From the NCBI RefSeq assembly GCF_003966335.1, contig NZ_CP034549.1:690001-722000 (forward strand): DNA of 32,000 nt. Reading direction: 5' to 3'. This stretch comes from Nonlabens ponticola. GTDB taxonomy: Bacteria > Bacteroidota > Bacteroidia > Flavobacteriales > Flavobacteriaceae. The notes under the pieces are model-generated. The model made no database searches. It was given only the letters and a program-made list of their open reading frames with translations, and had not been told where the DNA came from. Positions 8,606 through 17,299 of the stretch are shown one piece after another. Both the position numbers and the translations under genes were made by a program. The stretch's first letter is position 1. Every line of letters begins with the position of its first letter.

Positions 8606-9079
8606 ATGGCAGGTACATTAAATAAGGTGATGCTCATAGGGCATACTGGCGACGAGGTAAAAATGAAATATTTTGAAGGTGGTAACTCCATAGGTCGTTT
8701 CCCGCTTGCTACTAATGAGGAGTATGTGAACCGCACCACTGGCGAGCGCGTGTCAAATACCGAGTGGCACAATTGTGTTGTGCGCAACAAGGCTGCCGAG
8801 GTTTGTGAAAAGTACTTACATAAAGGCGACAAGGTCTATATAGAAGGTCGCATAAAGAGTCGTCAATGGACTACTGAGGACGGCCAACAACGCTACACGA
8901 CTGAGATACAGGTGCAGGAATTTACATTCCTAACACCTAAGGGTGATAGCAATAATACGAGCAACTCTAATGCGCAGCAGCCCTCAAGACCTGCTGTCAA
9001 CGCGGCACCAGCTCAAAGCGCTCAAACTGCATCCACACCAGCACAAAATGTGGAAGAAGAGGACGATCTACCCTTTTAA
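8606..9079 (+). CDS. ssb: single-stranded DNA-binding protein
   Basis: OB-fold N-terminus (NKVMLIGHTGDEVKMKYF..), a Q/P/A-rich linker and the acidic tip EEEDDLPF. Confidence 0.95.
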   Translation: MAGTLNKVMLIGHTGDEVKMKYFEGGNSIGRFPLATNEEYVNRTTGERVSNTEWHNCVVRNKAAEVCEKYLHKGDKVYIEGRIKSRQWTTEDGQQRYTTEIQVQEFTFLTPKGDSNNTSNSNAQQPSRPAVNAAPAQSAQTASTPAQNVEEEDDLPF

Positions 9080-9105
9080 TCATCCTATAACTATATAGAA
9101 AGCCA

Positions 9106-10413
9106 TTGGATCCTGACCCTGCGCATTTATTGCAATTATCATTGATGATGCAACCACAAGACATTATCTATCTGGTTGTATTTATACTATTGTTACTGTC
9201 CAGCGCGCTCATAAGTGGCGCTGAAGTCGCTCTATTCTCATTAAGTAATAGCGTCCTTGAAGAGGGAAATCCAGATTTTCCCAAGCGTAATATGGTTGCG
9301 AAGCTACTGGATAGACCTAAAAAGCTGCTCGCGACCATCTTGATTGCCAATAATGCGATCAATATTACATCAGTGCTCATTTTCAGCATTCTGGCAGAAT
9401 CTTGGTTTGTGTCGATTACTAATCCCGTAGTACAATTTACTCTAGAGGTAGTTTTGGTTACCTTTTTAATTCTGCTATTTGGAGAGATTTTTCCAAAGGT
9501 ATATGCTAATAGAAACCCAGTAGGTTTTGCAAACTTTATGGCGATACCGCTTAACGTTCTTGACAAGCTCTTTAGTTTTTTGAGCTTGCCTATGAGATAC
9601 GTCACGTTACAGATTCAGGATCGATTGGGTTCCAAAAAATCAAATATTACCGTATCTCAATTATCGCAAGCATTAGAACTTACTGACGAGAATGATACTA
9701 CTGATGAAGAGCAGCAACTACTGCAAGGGATTGTAAGCTTTGGTAACACAGATACTAAAAATGTGATGCGCAATCGTACCGATGTTTTTGCGCTTGATGA
9801 AACCCTAGAGTTCAAAGAAATCATACCACAAGTAGTTGATAAGGGTTATTCCCGTATTCCTGTTTTTAAGGAAAGTATTGATAACATTACAGGAATACTC
9901 TATGTTAAAGATCTATTGCCGTACATAGATCGCAAGAATTATGACTGGACTAAGTTATTGAGAGACGTGTACTTTGTACCAGAGAATAAAAAGCTGGACG
10001 ACTTGTTACAGGACTTTCAGGATCAGAAAAAACACCTTGCCATAGTTGTAGATGAGTATGGTGGTACAAGTGGATTGATCTCACTAGAAGATATTATTGA
10101 AGAGATTGTAGGTGATATAAGCGATGAGTTTGATGATGAGGATGTGATCTATTCAAAGCTTGATGATCGCAATTATGTTTTTGAAGGGAAAACCTCACTT
10201 AAAGATTTTTATAGAATCACCGCTATTAGTGAGGAGCAGCAACAACTTTTTGAAGATGTAAAAGGTGAGTCAGAAACGCTGGCCGGATTTTTACTGGAAC
10301 AAACCGGACAATTTCCTCGTAAATTAGACAAAGTAGTATTTGAGAATTATGTCTTCCTCGTTGAAGCCATGGATCAAAAACGAATCAAGCAAATAAAATG
10401 CACCACTCCATAA
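9106..10413 (+). CDS. gldE: gliding-motility protein GldE (DUF21 membrane domain, CBS pair, CorC/HlyC domain)
   Basis: The domain order is recognisable from the sequence. The gene sits directly after ssb and before gldD, as in Flavobacterium johnsoniae. A TTG start (MDPDP..) is assumed; the alternative ATG is at 9145. Confidence 0.8.
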   Translation: MDPDPAHLLQLSLMMQPQDIIYLVVFILLLLSSALISGAEVALFSLSNSVLEEGNPDFPKRNMVAKLLDRPKKLLATILIANNAINITSVLIFSILAESWFVSITNPVVQFTLEVVLVTFLILLFGEIFPKVYANRNPVGFANFMAIPLNVLDKLFSFLSLPMRYVTLQIQDRLGSKKSNITVSQLSQALELTDENDTTDEEQQLLQGIVSFGNTDTKNVMRNRTDVFALDETLEFKEIIPQVVDKGYSRIPVFKESIDNITGILYVKDLLPYIDRKNYDWTKLLRDVYFVPENKKLDDLLQDFQDQKKHLAIVVDEYGGTSGLISLEDIIEEIVGDISDEFDDEDVIYSKLDDRNYVFEGKTSLKDFYRITAISEEQQQLFEDVKGESETLAGFLLEQTGQFPRKLDKVVFENYVFLVEAMDQKRIKQIKCTTP

Positions 10414-10985
10414 AACTTATTGGATTCCTATTGGCGCTTGTAGTCATGGCTAGCTGCAATGATCAAGATGTCTTGCCCAAACCTGATGCGATGCTGGCGC
10501 TGGATTACAACCAGGCAACCTATAAAAATTTAAAAACAGATTGTCCGTTTTCCCTACAGATCAATGAGGAATCAAATGCTGATCCCCAACCAGATTGTGC
10601 CACGGTAGTCAACTATCCAGATATAGATGCCACCTTGTTTCTCAATTACCGGCCTGTAGAGTCTAATTTGAGAGAGTTGCTTATCGATGGTCAAAAATTA
10701 TCATACGCACACAATCAAATGGCTGATGGTATTACGGAGCGTCCCTATGTCAATCCAGAACAAAAAGTGTACGGTATGTTATACGAGGTACAAGGTAACG
10801 CAGCATCAAATGCACAGTTTTATGTTACTGATAGTGTACAGCATTTCTTGACAGCCTCGCTTTACTTTAATATTGAGCCTAATTATGACAGCATTTTACC
10901 AGCGCTGGATTATGTACAACAAGATATGATCAAGATGATGGAATCACTGCAGTGGAAAACGAATAACAACAAAAACGAAAACTAA
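10398..10985 (+). CDS. gldD: gliding-motility lipoprotein GldD
   Basis: Lipoprotein signal (LALVVMASC) and GldD-like blocks (LPKPDAMLALDY, VNYPDIDATLFLNY, QGNAASNAQFYVTDSVQHFL, PNYDSILPALDY). It overlaps the gldE end by 16 nt. Confidence 0.8.
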   Translation: MHHSIKLIGFLLALVVMASCNDQDVLPKPDAMLALDYNQATYKNLKTDCPFSLQINEESNADPQPDCATVVNYPDIDATLFLNYRPVESNLRELLIDGQKLSYAHNQMADGITERPYVNPEQKVYGMLYEVQGNAASNAQFYVTDSVQHFLTASLYFNIEPNYDSILPALDYVQQDMIKMMESLQWKTNNNKNEN

Positions 10986-10997
10986 ATTCAATTACCG

Positions 10998-11528
10998 ATG
11001 AAAAAATTCAACTTAATACTCTTATTAGCTTTATTCTCTATATCGTTATCGTGTACGAGCGACGATGATAATGATGATGACAACAATATTGGAGAGAACT
11101 TTTTTACTTTAGGTGATGATGACTACGCTCTAACACAAGGATTCATAGAAGATTATGGAGATAACGGTAATGATAGTTATGACTTTGACATCACTCTTCT
11201 GGGTGATGGTTTTGAAGTTGACTTTGATAGTGAGGAAATAAGAGGAAAAGGCGATGCTATCTACTTAGACCTCAATAGCGATGATATGGAAGATCTATCT
11301 GATGGGACATACGTTTTTGCCCAAGATCGTGATAGCTTTACTCTTGTAGATGCTGCTGTTATCATAGATTATGATATCCAGGAAGAAACGGGAACGCAGT
11401 TAGCAGTCATTGGTGGTGAGGTGATTCTTTCTAAATCTGGAAATGATTATGATATTACCTTTGATCTGGATACTCAAGATAGAAGAACTGTCACAGGATC
11501 ATATAGAGGATCTCTTAGTAGGCTATAA
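10998..11528 (+). CDS. highly acidic (Asp-rich) lipoprotein, function unknown
   Basis: Signal peptide plus lipobox (LFSISLSC) followed by TSDDDNDDDNN. The whole protein is rich in D and E. It starts 12 nt after gldD. Confidence 0.7.
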   Translation: MKKFNLILLLALFSISLSCTSDDDNDDDNNIGENFFTLGDDDYALTQGFIEDYGDNGNDSYDFDITLLGDGFEVDFDSEEIRGKGDAIYLDLNSDDMEDLSDGTYVFAQDRDSFTLVDAAVIIDYDIQEETGTQLAVIGGEVILSKSGNDYDITFDLDTQDRRTVTGSYRGSLSRL

Positions 11529-11544
11529 TTTTTGACTTCAAATA

Positions 11545-11570
11545 GTGGCGCTGCAACATTGTGGCGCCAT
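11545..11570 (+). terminator. weak hairpin after the acidic lipoprotein gene
   Basis: GTGGCGC pairs with GCGCCAT (one G-U pair) around a 12-nt loop. The following T run is poor (TTAGAT). Confidence 0.3.
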
Positions 11571-11589
11571 TTAGATAAACGTTGTTACC

Positions 11590-12501
11590 ATGGATGATTC
11601 TAAATTAAAGTACGTTTATCTAGTTACCCTGAGCATAATTTGGGGTAGTTCTTTTATTCTTATTAAAAAGGCGTTGGGTCAAGACGGTAATGGCAATCTG
11701 GTACTGGAACCATTGCAGCTGGGTGCGTTGCGCACCATGATTTCAGGCACTATACTGATTGCTATAGGATGGAAATCTTTCTCCAAAACCAAGCGCAAGG
11801 ACTGGCCATGGCTGGCACTTTCTGGATTGCTGGGCACTTTCTTTCCTGCATTTTTGTTTGCCTACGCACAAACTGAAATCGATAGCGCCATTAGTGCCAT
11901 ACTCAACTCTACCGTACCGTTGATCACCTTGATTCTAGGCGCGATAGTTTTTGGGATAGGCTTTTCAAAAAAGCAATTATTAGGTGTTATCATAGGACTA
12001 ACAGGCGCAGTAGGGCTTGTACTTGCAGGAATGGAGAACAATCCAGAGCAAAATTATCTTTTTGCAGGTCTCATTCTCATCGCTTGTACCTGTTATGCGA
12101 GTAATGTCAATATAATCAAGCGTTACCTGCAGGAAATCAAACCGCTGGCTATTGCTACGGCAAATTTTGTATTCATACTACCGCTTGCCATCATTGTTTT
12201 CTTATCGGCTGATGGAGCGAGCATTGAATTTACCAGTGAGCCAGTCTTAAAGAGTCTAGGTTTTATTCTGGTACTATGTCTTTTTGGTACTGTTGCTGCC
12301 AAGATCATGTTCAACAAATTAGTCCAGATAACATCGCCGGTTTTTGCGAGTTCTGTTACTTATTTGATGCCTGTTATCGGCCTCACATGGGGTATTTTAG
12401 ATGGTGAAGATTTTAATATATGGCAATTTGTTGCCACGGCTGTAATCATTTTTGCGGTGATTCTTGTAACCAGCGCAAAGAAAAAGCCAGCCTCTGATTA
12501 G
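11590..12501 (+). CDS. EamA/DMT-family transporter
   Basis: 303 aa with about 10 hydrophobic spans arranged as two EamA-like halves. Confidence 0.8.
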   Translation: MDDSKLKYVYLVTLSIIWGSSFILIKKALGQDGNGNLVLEPLQLGALRTMISGTILIAIGWKSFSKTKRKDWPWLALSGLLGTFFPAFLFAYAQTEIDSAISAILNSTVPLITLILGAIVFGIGFSKKQLLGVIIGLTGAVGLVLAGMENNPEQNYLFAGLILIACTCYASNVNIIKRYLQEIKPLAIATANFVFILPLAIIVFLSADGASIEFTSEPVLKSLGFILVLCLFGTVAAKIMFNKLVQITSPVFASSVTYLMPVIGLTWGILDGEDFNIWQFVATAVIIFAVILVTSAKKKPASD

Positions 12502-12512
12502 AGACTGGCTTT
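12483..12512 (+). terminator. hairpin spanning the EamA stop codon
   Basis: GCCAGCCTC pairs with GAGACTGGC (one mismatch) around a 6-nt loop that contains the TAG stop, followed by TTTG. Confidence 0.35.
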
Positions 12513-12539
12513 GTAATTATGTAGAGATATTAGATGTGA

Positions 12540-12561
12540 TTACGCTTTCGCGAAAGCGTAA
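12540..12561. repeat. iterated palindrome copy 4, a 22-bp perfect palindrome TTACGCTTTCGCGAAAGCGTAA (intergenic, between convergent genes)
   Basis: Exact core at 12544-12557 with symmetric flanks. Confidence 0.95.
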
Positions 12562-12578
12562 CTACAGCAATTACCTAT

Positions 12579-14645
12579 CTACTCAAAATCTGAATCTACA
12601 ACACCTTCATTTACCTTGATGGTATTTATGTTGAATCTGATCTCTTGACCACCAAGATTTTGAATAATAGCAGTTGGGAATTTCACACCTTTGACTTCTT
12701 TGTAATCTTCAAATCGAGTCAATTGCTTGAATTCTTGACCCTGTGAAGTTGCAGTGACTTCTTCACCCAGCAATAGATTGCTGCTCATGTCATAGAATCT
12801 CTTTTTAGTGTCTGTCCACTGGATAACGTAAACTTTTTTGTCATCCATCATCTCTGCACCTGCAAGTGAGCCTTGATCTGGATAGGTAAATTCTGGAAAT
12901 AGAACCGCTTCCTGAGCCACTGCTTCTAGTTGGTCACCTTCTAGCTCCATGTTACCTTGCATGCCGCTCATCTTTCCTTTACCGTTATTGTATACTTGCT
13001 TCATGGCTACATTACCGCCTACACTAACTGTCTGGCTGTATTGACCCTTGCTTGTTTTCTTGATGTTCAATAACAGTTCACCCATTGGTGAAGATGCTGT
13101 CCCGATAAGTGCGATGCTCTTGACGTCAGTCACTGCATCGCGACCACCTATTGCCTTGACGTAATCTGCCAGTACGGTGTTTACGGTAGCGTCAGCTGGT
13201 ATATCGACACCAGATGGCTTCTCTACTGGATTTGCATATTTGTCATAGTATTTGATAGGCACATTCTTACCATCGATTTTCATCTTCTCAAGATTCTCAA
13301 GAACGTCACTTGCTTTACCTACAAGAACGATACGCATGTTATCACGCTTCATGTACTTGTTAGCTACACGTTTTACATCTTCCTTAGTTACTGCATTGAT
13401 GTTTTTAATGAAATCCTTGTAGAAATCCTCGTCAAGATCATTGGTTCTTATAGTTATGGCACGATCTGCAACGACTGATTTATCCTCAGACTGCATGATG
13501 AAATTTCCTAGGAATTTAGCCTTTGCATTTGAAAGATCTTCATCGCTCACATACTCTGTACGTATGCGGTTCAGTTCCTTCATGGTCTCTACTACTGCGC
13601 TATCAGTCACCTCGTTACGCACTTTACTGGTCGCACGGAATGTGGATTTGTAGTTTCTACCAGCGCCTAGACCTGATCCAGCACCATATGTATAACCATT
13701 CTCTTCACGTAGGTTCATATTAAGGTATGAGCCAAAACCACCACCAAAAATATAATTTGCAATTAAAGCTGCATGATAATCTTCATCATTCATTTTTAAT
13801 TCTGAAAGATTGTAAACAGCAAGTTCAGTCTGTACTGCGTTAGGTACGTCTACAAAATTGATTTGTGTCATGGCAACGTCGTTCACTTCAGGAAGATTAG
13901 GCTTAGGAGCATCTTTTGCTTTCCAGTCGCCAAAGTATTTCTTCACTAGCTTTTTAGCATCCTTACCATCAATGTCACCACTAATAAGTAAGTAAGCTTT
14001 AGAAGGCACGAAGTAGGAGTTATAGAACTCCTTCACATCAGCTACAGTTACATTATTTATCGTCTCCTCAGTAGCAAATTCACCAGCTGGGTGATCGGTT
14101 CCATAAACTAATGCACTGCGTACGCGACCTGCAACAGCAGCGGCACTATTCTCACCTGACTTAATTCCTTCAATAAGCTGTGACTTTTCAGTATCTAGCT
14201 CTTCTTGAGTAAAATTAGGGTTCAAAGCAGCCTCTGCAAACAGAGCCATTACTTCTTCAGTATATTTTGATAGTGTCGTTGCAAAACCACCACCTGTTCC
14301 TACATTGATTCTTGCTCCTAGGTAATCAACCTGCTCATTGAATTTCTCCTTAGGAGTTTTAGTGGTTCCTTTACCCATGATAGAACCTGCAAGCGACTGC
14401 ACACCAGCTTTGTCACCTTCAAAAATTGGTGGATTATTTAGGTCAAGACTCATTACTATAGTAGGAAGTTTTTTGTCTTCAACCACTAATACCTGTAGTC
14501 CATTTTTAAGTTCAAATGTGTATGGTTCACCTAGATTAATTTCTGGTGTTGGCCCGGATGTTGGAACCTTTGATCTATCAATTTGTGCGGTGGCAGTCAT
14601 TCCTACGAGGAAGAGTGCCATTACATATATTAATTGCTTTTTCAT
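12579..14645 (-). CDS. M16-family (insulinase-like) peptidase subunit lacking HxxEH, with an extra C-terminal domain of about 200 aa
   Basis: 688 aa with a signal peptide (..GMTATAQ). The M16 fold-type sequence has no HxxEH zinc motif, so it is the non-catalytic type. The C-terminal third (about aa 480-688) is a beta-rich unknown domain. Confidence 0.8.
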   Translation of the reverse strand: MKKQLIYVMALFLVGMTATAQIDRSKVPTSGPTPEINLGEPYTFELKNGLQVLVVEDKKLPTIVMSLDLNNPPIFEGDKAGVQSLAGSIMGKGTTKTPKEKFNEQVDYLGARINVGTGGGFATTLSKYTEEVMALFAEAALNPNFTQEELDTEKSQLIEGIKSGENSAAAVAGRVRSALVYGTDHPAGEFATEETINNVTVADVKEFYNSYFVPSKAYLLISGDIDGKDAKKLVKKYFGDWKAKDAPKPNLPEVNDVAMTQINFVDVPNAVQTELAVYNLSELKMNDEDYHAALIANYIFGGGFGSYLNMNLREENGYTYGAGSGLGAGRNYKSTFRATSKVRNEVTDSAVVETMKELNRIRTEYVSDEDLSNAKAKFLGNFIMQSEDKSVVADRAITIRTNDLDEDFYKDFIKNINAVTKEDVKRVANKYMKRDNMRIVLVGKASDVLENLEKMKIDGKNVPIKYYDKYANPVEKPSGVDIPADATVNTVLADYVKAIGGRDAVTDVKSIALIGTASSPMGELLLNIKKTSKGQYSQTVSVGGNVAMKQVYNNGKGKMSGMQGNMELEGDQLEAVAQEAVLFPEFTYPDQGSLAGAEMMDDKKVYVIQWTDTKKRFYDMSSNLLLGEEVTATSQGQEFKQLTRFEDYKEVKGVKFPTAIIQNLGGQEIRFNINTIKVNEGVVDSDFE

Positions 14646-14650
14646 TTTGC

Positions 14651-16390
14651 TTATTTTGTTGTGATGGTAAATTCAGTTCTGCGGTTTTGCTCGTGTTCCT
14701 CTTCGGTACATGATTGTGACTCACAGTTTATTACTGGGTTGGATTCTCCTTTACCCATGGCAGTTATACGGTTTGACGCGATGCCTTTACCTCTTAGGTA
14801 ACCTGCAACTGCATTTGCACGACGCTGCGACAGCATCTGGTTATAGCTTGAGCTACCACGGCTGTCAGTATATGTCATTGCTTGTAGCATCAACTCGCTA
14901 TTTTCTTTCATCTTGTTAGCAATCATGTCTAGCGTTCTTTTTGAACTGCTGTTTAAAGTTGCTTCGTCATAACCAAAGTAGATGTTCTCCATTTCTAGTT
15001 TATCAGTACCGGTTTCAGTAACTTCTTCTTTCATGGTTTCTACTTCTTCCTTAGCATCTTCTTCACTAGTTGGCGCCTCACCTGCTAGATAATCAAGCTC
15101 TAGACGTTGATTAGGTTTCAAGTATTGGTTAGCTACACGCTTGATATCTTCACGTGTAATACTTCTATAGATATCTAACTCTTTATTAATACGATCAGTA
15201 TCACCTTGAAGCATATTGTATGTTGCTAGTGAGGCCGCAATACCTTGTACTCTTGAATTAGAACTTACATATTGTGCTTCAAATTGATTTTGAAGTTTTT
15301 GGTATTCACGCTCAGTAATCAATTCAGTTTGAAGTTTTTTGATCTCTTCATCCATTACTTCAGCAAGTTTGCTTAGCTCGGTATCACCTTTAGCAAGTGC
15401 ACCCATCGTATAAGTGCCGTAATCCTGATTAGCCTGATTAAATGCTAAAACTTGAAATGCGATCTGCTCGTCTTCTACCATACGCTTCTGCATACGAGAA
15501 GAATTACCACCTGTAAGTACAGAAGATATGTAGTCAAGTACATAGGCATCTCTATCAATAGACTTAGGAGTTACATAAGAAAAGATTTTTGCTGGAATCT
15601 GGATGTTCGCATCATATTCCGTAGCATATCTAGTTGATGTGATTGGTGCCTCAACAATTGACTTGCGAGTATTGCGTGGTGCTTTGTTCTCGATCGGGCC
15701 AAAGTAATCCTCAATCATTTTCTTAGTGTCATTAATATTAATGTCACCAGCAACTACAAGCGTTGCATTGTTAGGATTATAATATTTATCGTTAAAAGCT
15801 TTGAATTCTTCAAGCTTTGCAGCATTAAGGTCTTCCATACTTCCTATTACAGATTGACCATAAGGGTGCTTTTTGAACAAGTGCTTGTCAATACCTGTAC
15901 GGTAAATGATTGCACCATAAGGAGCATTGTCAATACGTTGACGCTTTTCTTCTTTTACTACCTCATTTTGGGTATCCACACCTATCTGTTCAATTTGTGG
16001 GTGCAGCATTCGCTCGCTTTCCATCCATAGAGCTAGTTCTAACTTGTTAGATGGGAATGTCTCATAATAATAGGTGCGATCTTGAGTAGTGTTGGCATTA
16101 TTGCTACCACCATTGGCCGCTACAATGTTGAACCATTCACCGCGCTCAATATTTTCAGTACCTTCAAATAGCAGGTGTTCAAAAAAGTGGGCAAATCCAG
16201 TTCTTCCTGGTTCTTCATCTTTGGCACCTACTTGATACATCACTCCAGCCGTAACAACTGGCGCAGCATTTTCTTGGTGAAGGATAACGTGTAGTCCATT
16301 AGGAAGGTCATACTCCTCAAAGTCGACCTGTTGTGCAAATCCTATTGCAGATGCAAAAGCGACTGCCAGACTTAAAACAATTTTATTCAT
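14651..16390 (-). CDS. M16-family zinc peptidase (HxxEH) fused to a C-terminal OmpA-like peptidoglycan-binding domain
   Basis: Signal peptide, zinc motif HFFEHLLFEG, an acidic linker, then OmpA_C signatures (IYFGYDEATL.., YTDSRGSSSYNQMLSQRRANAVAGYL, GESNP, NRRTEF). Confidence 0.85.
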   Translation of the reverse strand: MNKIVLSLAVAFASAIGFAQQVDFEEYDLPNGLHVILHQENAAPVVTAGVMYQVGAKDEEPGRTGFAHFFEHLLFEGTENIERGEWFNIVAANGGSNNANTTQDRTYYYETFPSNKLELALWMESERMLHPQIEQIGVDTQNEVVKEEKRQRIDNAPYGAIIYRTGIDKHLFKKHPYGQSVIGSMEDLNAAKLEEFKAFNDKYYNPNNATLVVAGDININDTKKMIEDYFGPIENKAPRNTRKSIVEAPITSTRYATEYDANIQIPAKIFSYVTPKSIDRDAYVLDYISSVLTGGNSSRMQKRMVEDEQIAFQVLAFNQANQDYGTYTMGALAKGDTELSKLAEVMDEEIKKLQTELITEREYQKLQNQFEAQYVSSNSRVQGIAASLATYNMLQGDTDRINKELDIYRSITREDIKRVANQYLKPNQRLELDYLAGEAPTSEEDAKEEVETMKEEVTETGTDKLEMENIYFGYDEATLNSSSKRTLDMIANKMKENSELMLQAMTYTDSRGSSSYNQMLSQRRANAVAGYLRGKGIASNRITAMGKGESNPVINCESQSCTEEEHEQNRRTEFTITTK

Positions 16391-16568
16391 TATTCATTTG
16401 GTTTTAAATAGTTCATGGTTAGTATGCAACAGTATGGAATTGTTACAATTTAATCTTGCTTTAAAAGTAGGTGGTTGATGTTCAAATTGAGTTAAAGTAA
16501 TTTCAAAGTTCCCTAAAACACTACATTTACTCTTACTTTTACGTCTCGACCAAAGCCAAGAGTGCCTT

Positions 16569-17042
16569 ATGAAGAATACCTATAAATACGGATTATATAT
16601 AGCAGCAACACTGATTATATATTTTTTGATCATTGATTTGTTGAATTTCTCTACTACAATTTACTTGTCATTTTTTAATGCAGTAATCACAGCTGGATGT
16701 TTGTTTCTAGCCGTGCGCGATGTTTATCAACACGAAAAGGAAGATTTCAAATACATGGAAGGCTTTACGGCTGCACTTGCCTCAGGCTTCATAGGAACGA
16801 CCATTTTCACCATTTTTATGGCAGTTTATCTATTTGAGATCGATCCAGAATTGGCACAGAGTCTCAAGGAACAGATCACCATTGCTGGTAGTGGTATTGA
16901 AGTGGCTATCTTACTGTTCATTTTTCTTTCAGGAATTGCAACCACCATCATATCTGCATTAGTAGTTATACCTATTTATAAGCAGTCATGGAATACAAAG
17001 CGCATGCGCAAAAAGCAAAATCCAATGAATGATAAGCACTAG
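16569..17042 (+). CDS. DUF4199-like small membrane protein
   Basis: 157 aa with 4 hydrophobic helices, typical of Bacteroidota DUF4199 proteins. Confidence 0.6.
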   Translation: MKNTYKYGLYIAATLIIYFLIIDLLNFSTTIYLSFFNAVITAGCLFLAVRDVYQHEKEDFKYMEGFTAALASGFIGTTIFTIFMAVYLFEIDPELAQSLKEQITIAGSGIEVAILLFIFLSGIATTIISALVVIPIYKQSWNTKRMRKKQNPMNDKH

Positions 17043-17237
17043 TTAGTGTTTTGAACATTATTCAATTTGCTATAAAATCATTATGACTTTTACTATACCT
17101 GAAACTTTTAAGGTATAGACTCATATAGTGAGGACAATCTTTTTATTTCGAATAGGCTACCATATTGCCACTCTTAGACAATCATATCGCCTCTCGTTTT
17201 AATGCTTTACAAAGCTGTTTAATAATTGTTTATAACT

Positions 17238-17268
17238 TTGCTTATTTGAGCAATAGGAGTATATTTGC
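17238..17268 (+). promoter_or_regulatory. Bacteroidota sigma-A type promoter for rplU-rpmA
   Basis: TTTG (17238-17241), a spacer of exactly 19 nt, then TATATTTG (17261-17268). This matches the TTTG-N19-TAnnTTTG consensus, 32 nt before the rplU ATG. Confidence 0.6.
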
Positions 17269-17299
17269 AGCCCAAAATTAATCACATTAATAACTAGTT

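Noticed and set aside
8545-8832. 95-aa minus-strand ORF overlapping the ssb start region
   Set aside because: It is fully antisense to a strongly supported ssb gene and its promoter. It has no recognisable motifs, which is typical of a shadow ORF.
17093-17118. An 8-bp hairpin (CTATACCT ... AGGTATAG) in the 257-nt spacer upstream of rplU, possibly an r-protein leader or the DUF4199 terminator
   Set aside because: It has no U-tract and lies upstream of the predicted rplU promoter. It is too small and isolated to call an RNA element.
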